Positions 31,712-37,640 of a stretch of 64,000 nucleotides of DNA are shown piece by piece (position 1 is the stretch's first letter; every line of letters starts with the position of its first letter). The notes beneath the pieces were generated by a model, which saw only the letters and a program-made list of their open reading frames with translations, was not told the DNA's origin and searched no databases. Where the stretch lies: the IMG/VR virus record IMGVR_UViG_3300045988_178038, positions 1 to 64,000 of that record. One strand, given 5' to 3'. The position numbers and the translations under genes are program-made. Source of the DNA: a virus.

Positions 31712-31771
31712 TTTTTCAAAGTCCTTTCATATTTCATTGATGGGTCTTTCGTCCTCTATCAACGTAACCAT

Positions 31772-31800
31772 ATTATAGCATAGAAAAGGGATTTTGTCAA
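31772..31800 (-). promoter_or_regulatory. promoter (minus strand) TTGACA-17-TGcTATAAT
   Basis: TGTCAA 31795-31800, ATTATA 31772-31777. Confidence 0.65.
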
Positions 31801-31842
31801 GAACTTTTTTTGTCGTGTAAGACGACGCGTGGTAGTCGGTTT

Positions 31843-31861
31843 TTAGACGATGGACGTCTAA
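31843..31861. promoter_or_regulatory. dyad element TTAGACG-N5-CGTCTAA
   Basis: N5 = ATGGA; 42 bp upstream of the -35; an extra small hairpin GTCGT-GTAAG-ACGAC lies at 31812-31826. Confidence 0.6.
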
Positions 31862-31897
31862 AAAAAAGAAATAAGAAAGAGGACGCATTACACGTCC
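31862..31897 (-). terminator. intrinsic terminator (minus strand) with the stop codon in the loop
   Basis: GGACG/CGTCC stem (31881-31885/31893-31897), loop holds TAA of ORF 31888; A-rich 31862-31880 gives the U-tail. Confidence 0.6.
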
Positions 31898-32109
31898 CTT
31901 TCGAGTTCAATGTAATGTTCAAGATTAGGAATTTCAATATCAAGAATTTCGTCGCAATCCGTTACTTTATTGAGTTTTTGATAAACTTCATTATACATAT
32001 TTTTCCACAATTTTTCATCGTAACAGTCATGAAGGGTGGTAGGCGCGAATTCGTCATCAATTTCAATTTCTTTTTCTACGCGTCCGATATAACTCACTTT
32101 TACTTTCAT
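31888..32109 (-). CDS. hypothetical protein (73 aa), paralog of 35407..35628
   Basis: ATG 32109; MKVKVSYIGRVEKEIEIDDE versus MKVKIIYTATVEKEIEVNDV. Confidence 0.6.
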   Translation of the reverse strand: MKVKVSYIGRVEKEIEIDDEFAPTTLHDCYDEKLWKNMYNEVYQKLNKVTDCDEILDIEIPNLEHYIELERDV

Positions 32110-32156
32110 TTCAAATCCTTCTTTCATTTGGTTATTTTCTTCAACCTTGTAACTAG

Positions 32157-32185
32157 ATTATAACATAAGAATTTCAATTTGTCAA
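32157..32185 (-). promoter_or_regulatory. promoter (minus strand) TTGACA-17-TGtTATAAT
   Basis: TGTCAA 32180-32185, ATTATA 32157-32162; conserved leader. Confidence 0.7.
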
Positions 32186-32194
32186 GAACTTTTT

Positions 32195-32213
32195 TTAGAC
32201 GTTCTTCGTCTAA
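32195..32213. promoter_or_regulatory. dyad element TTAGACG-N5-CGTCTAA
   Basis: N5 = TTCTT; 9 bp upstream of the -35. Confidence 0.6.
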
Positions 32214-32221
32214 AGACGAAA

Positions 32222-32250
32222 GGAAAAGAGGGTGACGCTTTACGCGCCAC
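32222..32250 (-). terminator. intrinsic terminator (minus strand) with the stop codon in the loop
   Basis: GTGACGC/GCGCCAC stem (6 of 7 bp), loop TTTAC holds TAA of ORF 32240. Confidence 0.55.
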
Positions 32251-32623
32251 TTTCCTCCTTTTCCTTTTCGCGTTCCTCGCGCTTGCGCTTTGCCTCGGCG
32301 CGGTTCTTTTCGTCCCATGCGATTTTTTCGGCTTTCTTCTTTGCGGTTTCGGCTTTTTTTGCGCGTTTCGCTTCGGTTTCCTGCGCGTAGTTCTGCGCTT
32401 CCTCGTAACCGTCATAAGGAATATAACATTTATTCTCTTTGTCACGCTCGCCCTTCGGGATACTAAAAGCGATATTCAAATATCCCTCATCTTCACCACG
32501 CACCCACGGAATAGAGATTGTTCCGCTTTTGACCTGTAACACATCTTCGCCCTTACTTTCGAACAGTTCGCGCACGGCAGACATAAATTCCTCGCGGATT
32601 TCAGTTTCAATTTTACTTGCCAT
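32240..32623 (-). CDS. hypothetical protein with a lysine/glutamate-rich C-terminal tail (127 aa)
   Basis: RBS AAAGGAAG; own promoter and terminator. Confidence 0.6.
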   Translation of the reverse strand: MASKIETEIREEFMSAVRELFESKGEDVLQVKSGTISIPWVRGEDEGYLNIAFSIPKGERDKENKCYIPYDGYEEAQNYAQETEAKRAKKAETAKKKAEKIAWDEKNRAEAKRKREEREKEKEESGA

Positions 32624-32658
32624 AGTTTTTGACTTCCTTTCTTTTATTTGGTAACTAG

Positions 32659-32687
32659 ATTATACCATAATTTTTTCAAAAAGTCAA
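32659..32687 (-). promoter_or_regulatory. promoter (minus strand) TTGACT-17-TGgTATAAT
   Basis: AGTCAA 32682-32687, ATTATA 32659-32664. Confidence 0.65.
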
Positions 32688-32738
32688 GTATTTGAAGAAA
32701 AAAATTTTTGGCGCGTTAGATTGCATTCTCGAAGGACT

Positions 32739-32757
32739 TTAGACGTATAACGTCTAA
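32739..32757. promoter_or_regulatory. dyad element TTAGACG-N5-CGTCTAA
   Basis: N5 = TATAA; 51 bp upstream of the -35. Confidence 0.6.
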
Positions 32758-32787
32758 AAATTTCTAAAGGGAAAGGCGAACCTAACC

Positions 32788-32985
32788 CTATTTTTCCTTT
32801 TCATCAATAAAAATTTCTTCATCGAGAAATTCCAAGCGATAAATTTTTTCCTGGACAAGATAAGTTTTACAATGCGGACATTTGATAAAACACGAGTAAT
32901 AATAATTATCATCTACTACTTCTTCAGTGGACTTGTAACAATTCTGAAATTCATCAAAGCGATTCTGACAATTTGGACAATACAT
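32788..32985 (-). CDS. hypothetical Zn-ribbon protein (65 aa)
   Basis: ATG 32985 behind GAAGGGAG; CPNC ... CPHC. Confidence 0.55.
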   Translation of the reverse strand: MYCPNCQNRFDEFQNCYKSTEEVVDDNYYYSCFIKCPHCKTYLVQEKIYRLEFLDEEIFIDEKEK

Positions 32986-33014
32986 TTTAAAAGCTCCCTT
33001 CACTTGATATCTTT

Positions 33015-33043
33015 ATTATAGCAGAAACTTATGAAAAAGTCAA
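33015..33043 (-). promoter_or_regulatory. promoter (minus strand) TTGACT-17-TGcTATAAT
   Basis: AGTCAA 33038-33043, ATTATA 33015-33020. Confidence 0.65.
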
Positions 33044-33053
33044 GAAAAATTTT

Positions 33054-33072
33054 TTAGACGTTCTTCGTCTAA
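33054..33072. promoter_or_regulatory. dyad element TTAGACG-N5-CGTCTAA
   Basis: N5 = TTCTT (identical to the copy at 32195); 10 bp upstream of the -35. Confidence 0.6.
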
Positions 33073-33082
33073 ATTAGTTCAT

Positions 33083-33111
33083 AAAAAAGGACGTCACTTT
33101 ATGTGACGTCC
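33083..33111 (-). terminator. intrinsic terminator (minus strand)
   Basis: GGACGTCAC/GTGACGTCC stem (33089-33097/33103-33111), U-run from 33083-33088. Confidence 0.75.
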
Positions 33112-33119
33112 CGTTACGT

Positions 33120-33512
33120 TTACTCTGCGTCGCTCGGCTCGGTGTCGCTCGGTTCTGCGTTCGCGAGGGAATAGCCCTTTGCTTTTCCCTTGCCCTTAAT
33201 CTTGACTTCAACAGAAGTCACTTCACCGGACTTCTCAAGAATCCGGAGCAGAGAAGAACACTTCTGAATGTTCTTCAGTTCCGGCTTTGCGTCAAAGAGG
33301 TCAGACGCGGTGATGTGATGGTCAGCAGCGGCGAGGACTTCGCGCACGATGGGCAGAAGTGCTTCGTTTTCCTTCTGTGCCTTTGTCGGCTTAGAGGAGC
33401 GTTCGGCGTTCTTCTTGTCCATTGCGGACAGGAGCGCGACAGCCTTTTCAGAGATTTCAGCGGAAACGTTTTCCATGGACAGGATAGCATTGTAAAATTC
33501 ACGAGTAGTCAT
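33120..33512 (-). CDS. hypothetical protein (130 aa), paralog of 29316..29684
   Basis: RBS GAAAGGAG; GC-richer than neighbours; see the paralog note. Confidence 0.6.
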   Translation of the reverse strand: MTTREFYNAILSMENVSAEISEKAVALLSAMDKKNAERSSKPTKAQKENEALLPIVREVLAAADHHITASDLFDAKPELKNIQKCSSLLRILEKSGEVTSVEVKIKGKGKAKGYSLANAEPSDTEPSDAE

Positions 33513-33592
33513 AATAGGCTCCTTTCATTTTAGCGACGGTCGCCACCCTATTTTTTTATATTCAAGAGGTTTCCTCTCTTGATTACGCCTTT

Positions 33593-33621
33593 ATTATACC
33601 ATAGATTTTTGAATTTGTCAA
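33593..33621 (-). promoter_or_regulatory. promoter (minus strand) TTGACA-17-TGgTATAAT (proximal of a tandem pair)
   Basis: TGTCAA 33616-33621, ATTATA 33593-33598. Confidence 0.65.
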
Positions 33622-33725
33622 GAGGGTTTTGGTCTTTTTTTTCATCGAAGCCGGCATTTGACTAAACTTGGGACTATATATACCATTAGGCTCGCCCACA
33701 GCGTCTCGCCCTCTTGACATTATGA

Positions 33726-33754
33726 ATTATATCATAGTCCGCGCGAAAAGTCAA
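33726..33754 (-). promoter_or_regulatory. promoter (minus strand) TTGACT-17-TGaTATAAT (distal of a tandem pair)
   Basis: AGTCAA 33749-33754, ATTATA 33726-33731; about 100 nt upstream of the proximal promoter. Confidence 0.55.
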
Positions 33755-33805
33755 GAAGAAATTTTAGAAATTTTGTCATATAACGTGACTTCGCGCGAGA
33801 AAGAT

Positions 33806-33824
33806 TTAGACGAGGAACGTCTAA
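33806..33824. promoter_or_regulatory. dyad element TTAGACG-N5-CGTCTAA
   Basis: N5 = AGGAA; 51 bp upstream of the -35 at 33749-33754. Confidence 0.6.
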
Positions 33825-33830
33825 TTCAAG

Positions 33831-33861
33831 AGAGAAAGAAAAGAGGCGCTTTATGCGCCTC
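33831..33861 (-). terminator. intrinsic terminator (minus strand)
   Basis: GAGGCGC/GCGCCTC stem (33843-33849/33855-33861), U-run from 33831-33842. Confidence 0.7.
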
Positions 33862-33884
33862 AAAAAGATATATTACATTTTATT

Positions 33885-34157
33885 TTACTTTTCTTTGTTG
33901 AGAATGTCAAAACATTTGTTTTCATCGACTCCAATGAAAGTTACTTTACAAGAAGTAGAATAGAATTTCCCACTTCTAAAGCTTGCTTCCCATTTTGCTA
34001 CATATTTGAGACCATTGTTATCGTTTCGCCATTCTCCCATTACCGTGCTTGTGATATATTTTCTTGCTACTTTGTCTTTGACGTGGTTTTTCGCCATTAC
34101 CATAGCTTGCTGAAGGTTGGTAAAATAATATCCTCTTACGCGATAAAACGTAGTCAT
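33885..34157 (-). CDS. hypothetical protein (90 aa)
   Basis: ATG 34157 behind AAAGGAGAA; track ORF shortened. Confidence 0.55.
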   Translation of the reverse strand: MTTFYRVRGYYFTNLQQAMVMAKNHVKDKVARKYITSTVMGEWRNDNNGLKYVAKWEASFRSGKFYSTSCKVTFIGVDENKCFDILNKEK

Positions 34158-34232
34158 TAGAAATTCTCCTTTTTGTGATAAGTCACAACCTATTTTTATT
34201 TCGTTGAGTTCCTGTCTCAACTTTGTAACTAG

Positions 34233-34261
34233 ATTATAACATAAAAGTTTTGATTTGTCAA
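34233..34261 (-). promoter_or_regulatory. promoter (minus strand) TTGACA-17-TGtTATAAT
   Basis: TGTCAA 34256-34261, ATTATA 34233-34238; conserved leader. Confidence 0.7.
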
Positions 34262-34280
34262 TAATTTTTCGAAAAATTTT

Positions 34281-34299
34281 TTAGACGGTCTACGTCTAA
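34281..34299. promoter_or_regulatory. dyad element TTAGACG-N5-CGTCTAA
   Basis: N5 = GTCTA; 19 bp upstream of the -35. Confidence 0.6.
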
Positions 34300-34300
34300 T

Positions 34301-34331
34301 AGGAAAGGGAATACGCTTATCGCGTATTCCC
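34301..34331 (-). terminator. terminator-like hairpin (minus strand) with the stop codon in the loop
   Basis: 10-bp stem GGGAATACGC/GCGTATTCCC (34307-34316/34322-34331); loop TTATC holds TAA of ORF 34317; weak U-tail. Confidence 0.5.
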
Positions 34332-34670
34332 GCAAATAATTCTTTTCATTATCTGTTCAATAATACTGTGGCTGTTCGGGATACAAAAAGGCAGTTTTAT
34401 ATTCAGTCTTTGTGCCTCATTGAGAAGGTCTGCGCGAATGTCATCATATCCCGCAATGCTACTCAAAAGACACGTTCTTGCAATTTCTGCGTCGTGGTCT
34501 GCTTTTTTCCTGTCTGGTGTATTTTCTGGATAGAGAATGGCAGAGAAGATTGTTGCATAGGTGTCAAAAACTCGCATTTCAAGTGTAAAAGTGCTTTCAT
34601 GTAAACGTTCAATTCGATTGTTGATCACGGGATTGGTAGTCGGCTGAATTTTCTTTTTCTTTTTGAACAT
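34317..34670 (-). CDS. hypothetical protein (117 aa)
   Basis: RBS GAAAGGAAG; own promoter and terminator. Confidence 0.6.
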   Translation of the reverse strand: MFKKKKKIQPTTNPVINNRIERLHESTFTLEMRVFDTYATIFSAILYPENTPDRKKADHDAEIARTCLLSSIAGYDDIRADLLNEAQRLNIKLPFCIPNSHSIIEQIMKRIICGNTR

Positions 34671-34704
34671 TTTAGAAGCTTCCTTTCTTTTGTTTGGTAA
34701 TTGT

Positions 34705-34733
34705 ATTATATCATAAGAATTTCAATTCGTCAA
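34705..34733 (-). promoter_or_regulatory. promoter (minus strand) TTGACG-17-TGaTATAAT
   Basis: CGTCAA 34728-34733, ATTATA 34705-34710. Confidence 0.6.
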
Positions 34734-34742
34734 TAGTTTTCT

Positions 34743-34761
34743 TTAGACGGTTCACGTCTAA
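34743..34761. promoter_or_regulatory. dyad element TTAGACG-N5-CGTCTAA
   Basis: N5 = GTTCA; 9 bp upstream of the -35. Confidence 0.6.
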
Positions 34762-34764
34762 GAC

Positions 34765-34800
34765 AAAAAAACAGAAAAAGGTGACGCTTTATGCGTCACC
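34765..34800 (-). terminator. intrinsic terminator (minus strand) with the stop codon in the loop
   Basis: GGTGACGC/GCGTCACC stem (34780-34787/34793-34800), loop TTTAT holds TAA of ORF 34789, U-run from 34765-34779. Confidence 0.75.
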
Positions 34801-35247
34801 AATCGAATGAAGAAAATCAAAAATCTCTGTCGCGTCATATGCCATCATTCCTGCGTGCGTCCATTCTTCACGATTTGGCTTTTCATCATCAAAAAGAAAA
34901 CCGCCGCGCAATATGCCAACTTCGCTTTTTGGTGTGCCGTAATGAACAATACAAATTTCATCGAATCGAACGCTTTTCAAATGGCGCGAAAGCCATTCCA
35001 TTTTTGCGCGGCGAACTTCTTCAAGAAAATTTTCGTCACGGTCTTTACTTCCCCATGATACAATGCGGATTTTCCATCCCTTGCGCTGAACCGCGTTCAA
35101 ACGTCGCGCGAGTCTTGAAAGATTGAGAAGTGCGCGTGCGTCTCTGTATGGGCTTGCATCATGCGCGCGAATTTTCGGAAGCCAATTTTTAATGCCGTAA
35201 AAGTCAACGATTGTTCCATCCATATCTAAACTAATAATTTTTTCCAT
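34789..35247 (-). CDS. HAD-superfamily 5-prime(3-prime)-deoxyribonucleotidase-like phosphatase
   Basis: N-terminal ISLDMDGTIVDF (DxDG nucleophile motif), FLFDD near the C-terminus; size typical of NT5C-like phage enzymes. Confidence 0.55.
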   Translation of the reverse strand: MEKIISLDMDGTIVDFYGIKNWLPKIRAHDASPYRDARALLNLSRLARRLNAVQRKGWKIRIVSWGSKDRDENFLEEVRRAKMEWLSRHLKSVRFDEICIVHYGTPKSEVGILRGGFLFDDEKPNREEWTHAGMMAYDATEIFDFLHSIGDA

Positions 35248-35276
35248 TTTAAAAGCTCCTTTCTTTTTGTATCTAA

Positions 35277-35305
35277 ATTATATCATAGTTTTTCTAATTT
35301 GTCAA
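35277..35305 (-). promoter_or_regulatory. promoter (minus strand) TTGACA-17-TGaTATAAT
   Basis: TGTCAA 35300-35305, ATTATA 35277-35282. Confidence 0.65.
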
Positions 35306-35355
35306 GAAGAATTTTAGAAAATTTTGACATATAAGATGAAATCTGTGTGAAATAT

Positions 35356-35374
35356 TTAGACGATGGACGTCTAA
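35356..35374. promoter_or_regulatory. dyad element TTAGACG-N5-CGTCTAA
   Basis: N5 = ATGGA (identical to the copy at 31843); 50 bp upstream of the -35. Confidence 0.6.
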
Positions 35375-35398
35375 CAAAAAAAGGGGAAATTCCCCCCC
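35375..35398 (-). terminator. intrinsic terminator (minus strand)
   Basis: GGGGA/TCCCC stem (35383-35387/35391-35395), U-run from 35375-35382. Confidence 0.6.
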
Positions 35399-35406
35399 CT
35401 CTTGTA

Positions 35407-35628
35407 TTACCATATTGCAATACAAATATATGAACCTTTTTCCTTGTCAAAGGCAAAAATACGGTCCATGTCTTTAAAACCTTCTTGTTTTTCTGCAATG
35501 TCGGCCATTTTGTCACAAAAAAGGTCGGAAATTTCTTCTGGGCAATCTTCCCGTTTTACAATTTCATAAACATCATTGACTTCAATTTCCTTTTCAACTG
35601 TAGCGGTATAAATAATTTTTACTTTCAA
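35407..35628 (-). CDS. hypothetical protein (73 aa), paralog of 31888..32109
   Basis: RBS GAAAGGAAA; shared N-terminus MKVK..Y...VEKEIE. Confidence 0.6.
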   Translation of the reverse strand: MKVKIIYTATVEKEIEVNDVYEIVKREDCPEEISDLFCDKMADIAEKQEGFKDMDRIFAFDKEKGSYICIAIW

Positions 35629-35676
35629 TTTATATTTTCCTTTCTTTTCGTTGAGTTATTTCAACTTTGTAATTAG

Positions 35677-35705
35677 ATTATATCATAAGAATTTCAATTT
35701 GTCAA
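35677..35705 (-). promoter_or_regulatory. promoter (minus strand) TTGACA-17-TGaTATAAT
   Basis: TGTCAA 35700-35705, ATTATA 35677-35682; conserved leader. Confidence 0.7.
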
Positions 35706-35714
35706 GAACTTTTT

Positions 35715-35733
35715 TTAGACGAACCACGTCTAA
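35715..35733. promoter_or_regulatory. dyad element TTAGACG-N5-CGTCTAA
   Basis: N5 = AACCA; 9 bp upstream of the -35. Confidence 0.6.
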
Positions 35734-35742
35734 TTTTCCACT

Positions 35743-35899
35743 AGAAGAAACGCGCGGTGATGGTTGCCCGCGCATTTCAATGTAAACAAAACAAAAACAC
35801 AAAAGAAAGGAGGCACTATTTTCTCCAACCATCAGAAGGAAACAGTATCAACAAAGAAGATTTTTCCTAACCCACCCACAACCATCTTCTTTTGATTAC
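35743..35899 (-). ncRNA. candidate sRNA of about 155 nt (promoter-to-terminator unit without a convincing ORF)
   Basis: Starts after the TATAAT at 35906-35911; hairpins AAGAAGAT/ATCTTCTT and GGAG/CTCC; ends at GCGCGG/CCGCGC stem (35752-35757/35768-35773) plus U-run; only RBS-less ORFs of 17-50 aa. Confidence 0.35.
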
Positions 35900-35905
35900 G
35901 TAATT

Positions 35906-35934
35906 ATTATAGCACGTTTTATGCGGTTTGTCAA
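35906..35934 (-). promoter_or_regulatory. promoter (minus strand) TTGACA-17-TGcTATAAT
   Basis: TGTCAA 35929-35934, ATTATA 35906-35911. Confidence 0.65.
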
Positions 35935-36003
35935 GAGGAATTTCAAAATTTCTGGAAATTATTTTTGTAAAATTTTCTGAAATTCTTTCCTCTAACTATC
36001 TAT

Positions 36004-36031
36004 ATTATACTATATTTTCTGAAAAAGTCAA
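36004..36031 (-). promoter_or_regulatory. promoter (minus strand) TTGACT-16-TATAAT (tandem, upstream of 35906-35934)
   Basis: AGTCAA 36026-36031, ATTATA 36004-36009. Confidence 0.55.
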
Positions 36032-36041
36032 GAAAAAACTT

Positions 36042-36060
36042 TTAGACGAAAAACGTCTAA
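36042..36060. promoter_or_regulatory. dyad element TTAGACG-N5-CGTCTAA
   Basis: N5 = AAAAA; 10 bp upstream of the -35. Confidence 0.6.
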
Positions 36061-36070
36061 ATCGATCTAG

Positions 36071-36100
36071 GAAAAAAGAGTTGACGCATTACGCGTCAAC
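36071..36100 (-). terminator. intrinsic terminator (minus strand) with the stop codon in the loop
   Basis: GTTGACGC/GCGTCAAC stem (36080-36087/36093-36100), loop ATTAC holds TAA of ORF 36089, U-run from 36072-36077. Confidence 0.75.
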
Positions 36101-36484
36101 TCCGTATTCTTTCATTTCTTTTTTCAATTCTTCAATTTTATCTGCGGGGAGATACCAACGATAATGTTCTTCATCATAAAGATAAAGCCCCGTCGTTTTA
36201 CGATTATGGCCACCATCGCTACTCCATGGGCTAATAATTTCACAAGAATTACACAATTCATCAATAGAGGGGATTGCGCTTTCATCTTCTATATAAATTC
36301 CCCAAATTTCACAGGAAGAAGAAACTATATCGTCAAAAGATAAAATTTTTTTATCACGGCCGAAAAAAATTACGTTGTTAAAATGTTTACTAATCTTTTC
36401 CAAGCGTTCGTGTTGCCAGCACTCATTTTCATCGTCAAAAACCTGCCCGCAGAGGTCGCAAACATATTTTGTGATAGTAGTCAT
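36089..36484 (-). CDS. hypothetical protein with an N-terminal C2H2-like zinc finger (131 aa)
   Basis: YVCDLCGQVFDDENECWQHE; RBS GAAAGGGGAA. Confidence 0.6.
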   Translation of the reverse strand: MTTITKYVCDLCGQVFDDENECWQHERLEKISKHFNNVIFFGRDKKILSFDDIVSSSCEIWGIYIEDESAIPSIDELCNSCEIISPWSSDGGHNRKTTGLYLYDEEHYRWYLPADKIEELKKEMKEYGVDA

Positions 36485-36513
36485 TTTTATTCCCCTTTCA
36501 TTTTGGTATTTGT

Positions 36514-36542
36514 ATTATATCATAGATTTTTTCTTTTGTCAA
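36514..36542 (-). promoter_or_regulatory. promoter (minus strand) TTGACA-17-TGaTATAAT
   Basis: TGTCAA 36537-36542, ATTATA 36514-36519. Confidence 0.65.
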
Positions 36543-36552
36543 GAATTTTTAT

Positions 36553-36571
36553 TTAGACGATATACGTCTAA
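36553..36571. promoter_or_regulatory. dyad element TTAGACG-N5-CGTCTAA
   Basis: N5 = ATATA; 10 bp upstream of the -35. Confidence 0.6.
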
Positions 36572-36580
36572 AATTTTCTG

Positions 36581-36606
36581 GAAGAGAAATGACGCGTTAT
36601 GCATCA
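36581..36606 (-). terminator. intrinsic terminator (minus strand) with the stop codon in the loop
   Basis: 6-bp stem 36590-36595/36601-36606 (one G-U on the transcript), loop holds TAA of ORF 36597, U-rich tail. Confidence 0.55.
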
Positions 36607-36827
36607 TCTCTCAAGATTTCTTCGTTCAAAATATAACAATTACCATCGTCTTGAATTTCGATATTTCCCAAAATATTTTCCAATTCATCAACGGCTCTTT
36701 GTAATTCGTTGTTCTGTGTAAATTGCAACGCATTTCTCAACCAGCACCGCGCGTTATTGATATCAGCAAATTCTTTGTCTGAAAAAGAAATCTGCTGTCT
36801 TTTGATAGTAATATTTTCAATCTTCAT
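36597..36827 (-). CDS. hypothetical protein (76 aa)
   Basis: RBS GAAGGAG; last gene of a three-ORF mini-operon. Confidence 0.6.
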   Translation of the reverse strand: MKIENITIKRQQISFSDKEFADINNARCWLRNALQFTQNNELQRAVDELENILGNIEIQDDGNCYILNEEILRDDA

Positions 36828-36891
36828 TTCAAAAACACTCCTTCAAAAATTTTGAAAATATTCCAATTTGCGAGAAAAGGCCGCGCGAAAA

Positions 36892-36978
36892 TCACGTTGA
36901 AATAAGAAAAATAAGCCAAAGAATCACAAGGATTCCAATTACACCAAAGAAATTTCCAAAAAACTTTTTAGTCTTCAT
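36892..36978 (-). CDS. hypothetical single-pass membrane peptide (28 aa)
   Basis: MKTKKFFGNFFGVIGILVILWLIFLIST; the ATG overlaps the end of the upstream micro-ORF. Confidence 0.3.
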   Translation of the reverse strand: MKTKKFFGNFFGVIGILVILWLIFLIST

Positions 36979-37105
36979 AGACTTGCGCATAACAAATCCA
37001 CTCTTCAATACAAAGGTCCGCGCGGTGCATTGCGTCCACAAAAGTTAGCCCAAAAATCATTGAGCATTCAAAGGTTTCTAAGTTTTGAATAAAGTAAGTA
37101 TACAT
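36968..37105 (-). CDS. hypothetical micro-ORF (45 aa)
   Basis: RBS AAAGGAGAA 5 nt before ATG 37105; first ORF after the promoter at 37129-37157. Confidence 0.35.
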   Translation of the reverse strand: MYTYFIQNLETFECSMIFGLTFVDAMHRADLCIEEWICYAQVYED

Positions 37106-37128
37106 TGTTTTCTCCTTTCTTTGATTAT

Positions 37129-37157
37129 ATTATATCAGAATTTTTTGAAAAAGTCAA
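37129..37157 (-). promoter_or_regulatory. promoter (minus strand) TTGACT-17-TGaTATAAT
   Basis: AGTCAA 37152-37157, ATTATA 37129-37134. Confidence 0.6.
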
Positions 37158-37168
37158 GAAATTTTTTT

Positions 37169-37187
37169 TTAGACGAATTACGTCTAA
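37169..37187. promoter_or_regulatory. dyad element TTAGACG-N5-CGTCTAA
   Basis: N5 = AATTA; 11 bp upstream of the -35. Confidence 0.6.
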
Positions 37188-37216
37188 GAAATTAGAGCTG
37201 GCTCAAGTCCAGCTCT
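37186..37216 (-). terminator. terminator-like hairpin (minus strand)
   Basis: AGAGCTGG/CCAGCTCT stem (37194-37201/37209-37216) overlapping the stop of the 57-aa ORF; short U-rich tail. Confidence 0.5.
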
Positions 37217-37376
37217 CTCCTTCTCGATTTGGCAAAATTGTCAGCTTATAAACGCAGCTCCCAGCTTGTAAGTAGTTTTTGATGAGGGAAGGCAACTCCT
37301 CTAGAGTAGTAATGTTGTCTTCACTGACGCCATGTTGGCCCATGATGCCATTGTCATGTTCTACTAAAACTGTCAT
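37203..37376 (-). CDS. hypothetical protein (57 aa); below the ORF-track cut-off
   Basis: RBS GGAAGGAG 8 nt before ATG 37376; MTVLVEHDNGIMGQHGVSEDNITTLEEL...; own promoter and hairpin. Confidence 0.5.
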   Translation of the reverse strand: MTVLVEHDNGIMGQHGVSEDNITTLEELPSLIKNYLQAGSCVYKLTILPNREGESWT

Positions 37377-37453
37377 GATATATTACTCCTTCCATGTTAT
37401 ACGACATTCCAATAAACTTCGGATAATATTCATTTTCCGCCGTCCTTGCCCAT

Positions 37454-37481
37454 ATTATATCACATAATAGCAAAAAATCAA
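37454..37481 (-). promoter_or_regulatory. promoter (minus strand) TTGATT-16-TGaTATAAT
   Basis: AATCAA 37476-37481, ATTATA 37454-37459. Confidence 0.5.
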
Positions 37482-37513
37482 GTCCTCTAACATGACAGAA
37501 TGGCGTCTAATAG

Positions 37514-37532
37514 TTAGACGAACTCCGTCTAA
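37514..37532. promoter_or_regulatory. dyad element TTAGACG-N5-CGTCTAA
   Basis: N5 = AACTC; part of a cluster with half-sites CGTCTAA 37504-37510 and TTAGACG 37598-37604. Confidence 0.6.
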
Positions 37533-37559
37533 AAATGAATAAAAGTCACATAAGATGAC

Positions 37560-37578
37560 TTAGACGAACCACGTCTAA
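37560..37578. promoter_or_regulatory. dyad element TTAGACG-N5-CGTCTAA
   Basis: N5 = AACCA (identical to the copy at 35715). Confidence 0.6.
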
Positions 37579-37640
37579 AAGTCATACTACATTGCTTTTA
37601 GACGTGACCGGGTGATGTCATGTAAAGTGACATCAATTGA

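Noticed and set aside
29365-35126. Plus-strand ORFs antisense to the cassette genes (29365..29754, 30875..31138, 31241..31642, 31810..32163, 32439..32654, 33315..33533, 33668..33901, 34368..34604, 34791..35126, 34807..35058, 35485..35676, 35928..36164, 36375..36704)
   Set aside because: All promoters, ribosome-binding sites and terminators in this region are oriented for minus-strand expression. The minus-strand ORFs have recognisable motifs or paralogs, and the plus-strand translations are low-complexity.
30273-37578. TTAGACG-N5-CGTCTAA copies as a CRISPR array or as intrinsic terminators
   Set aside because: They are not CRISPR repeats: the copies are 19 bp, spaced irregularly from 28 bp to about 950 bp, and (apart from the clustered pair at 37514/37560) have promoters, genes and terminators between them. 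They are not terminators: on both strands the hairpin is followed by an A-run, never a U-run, and a separate GC-rich terminator is already present next to most copies.
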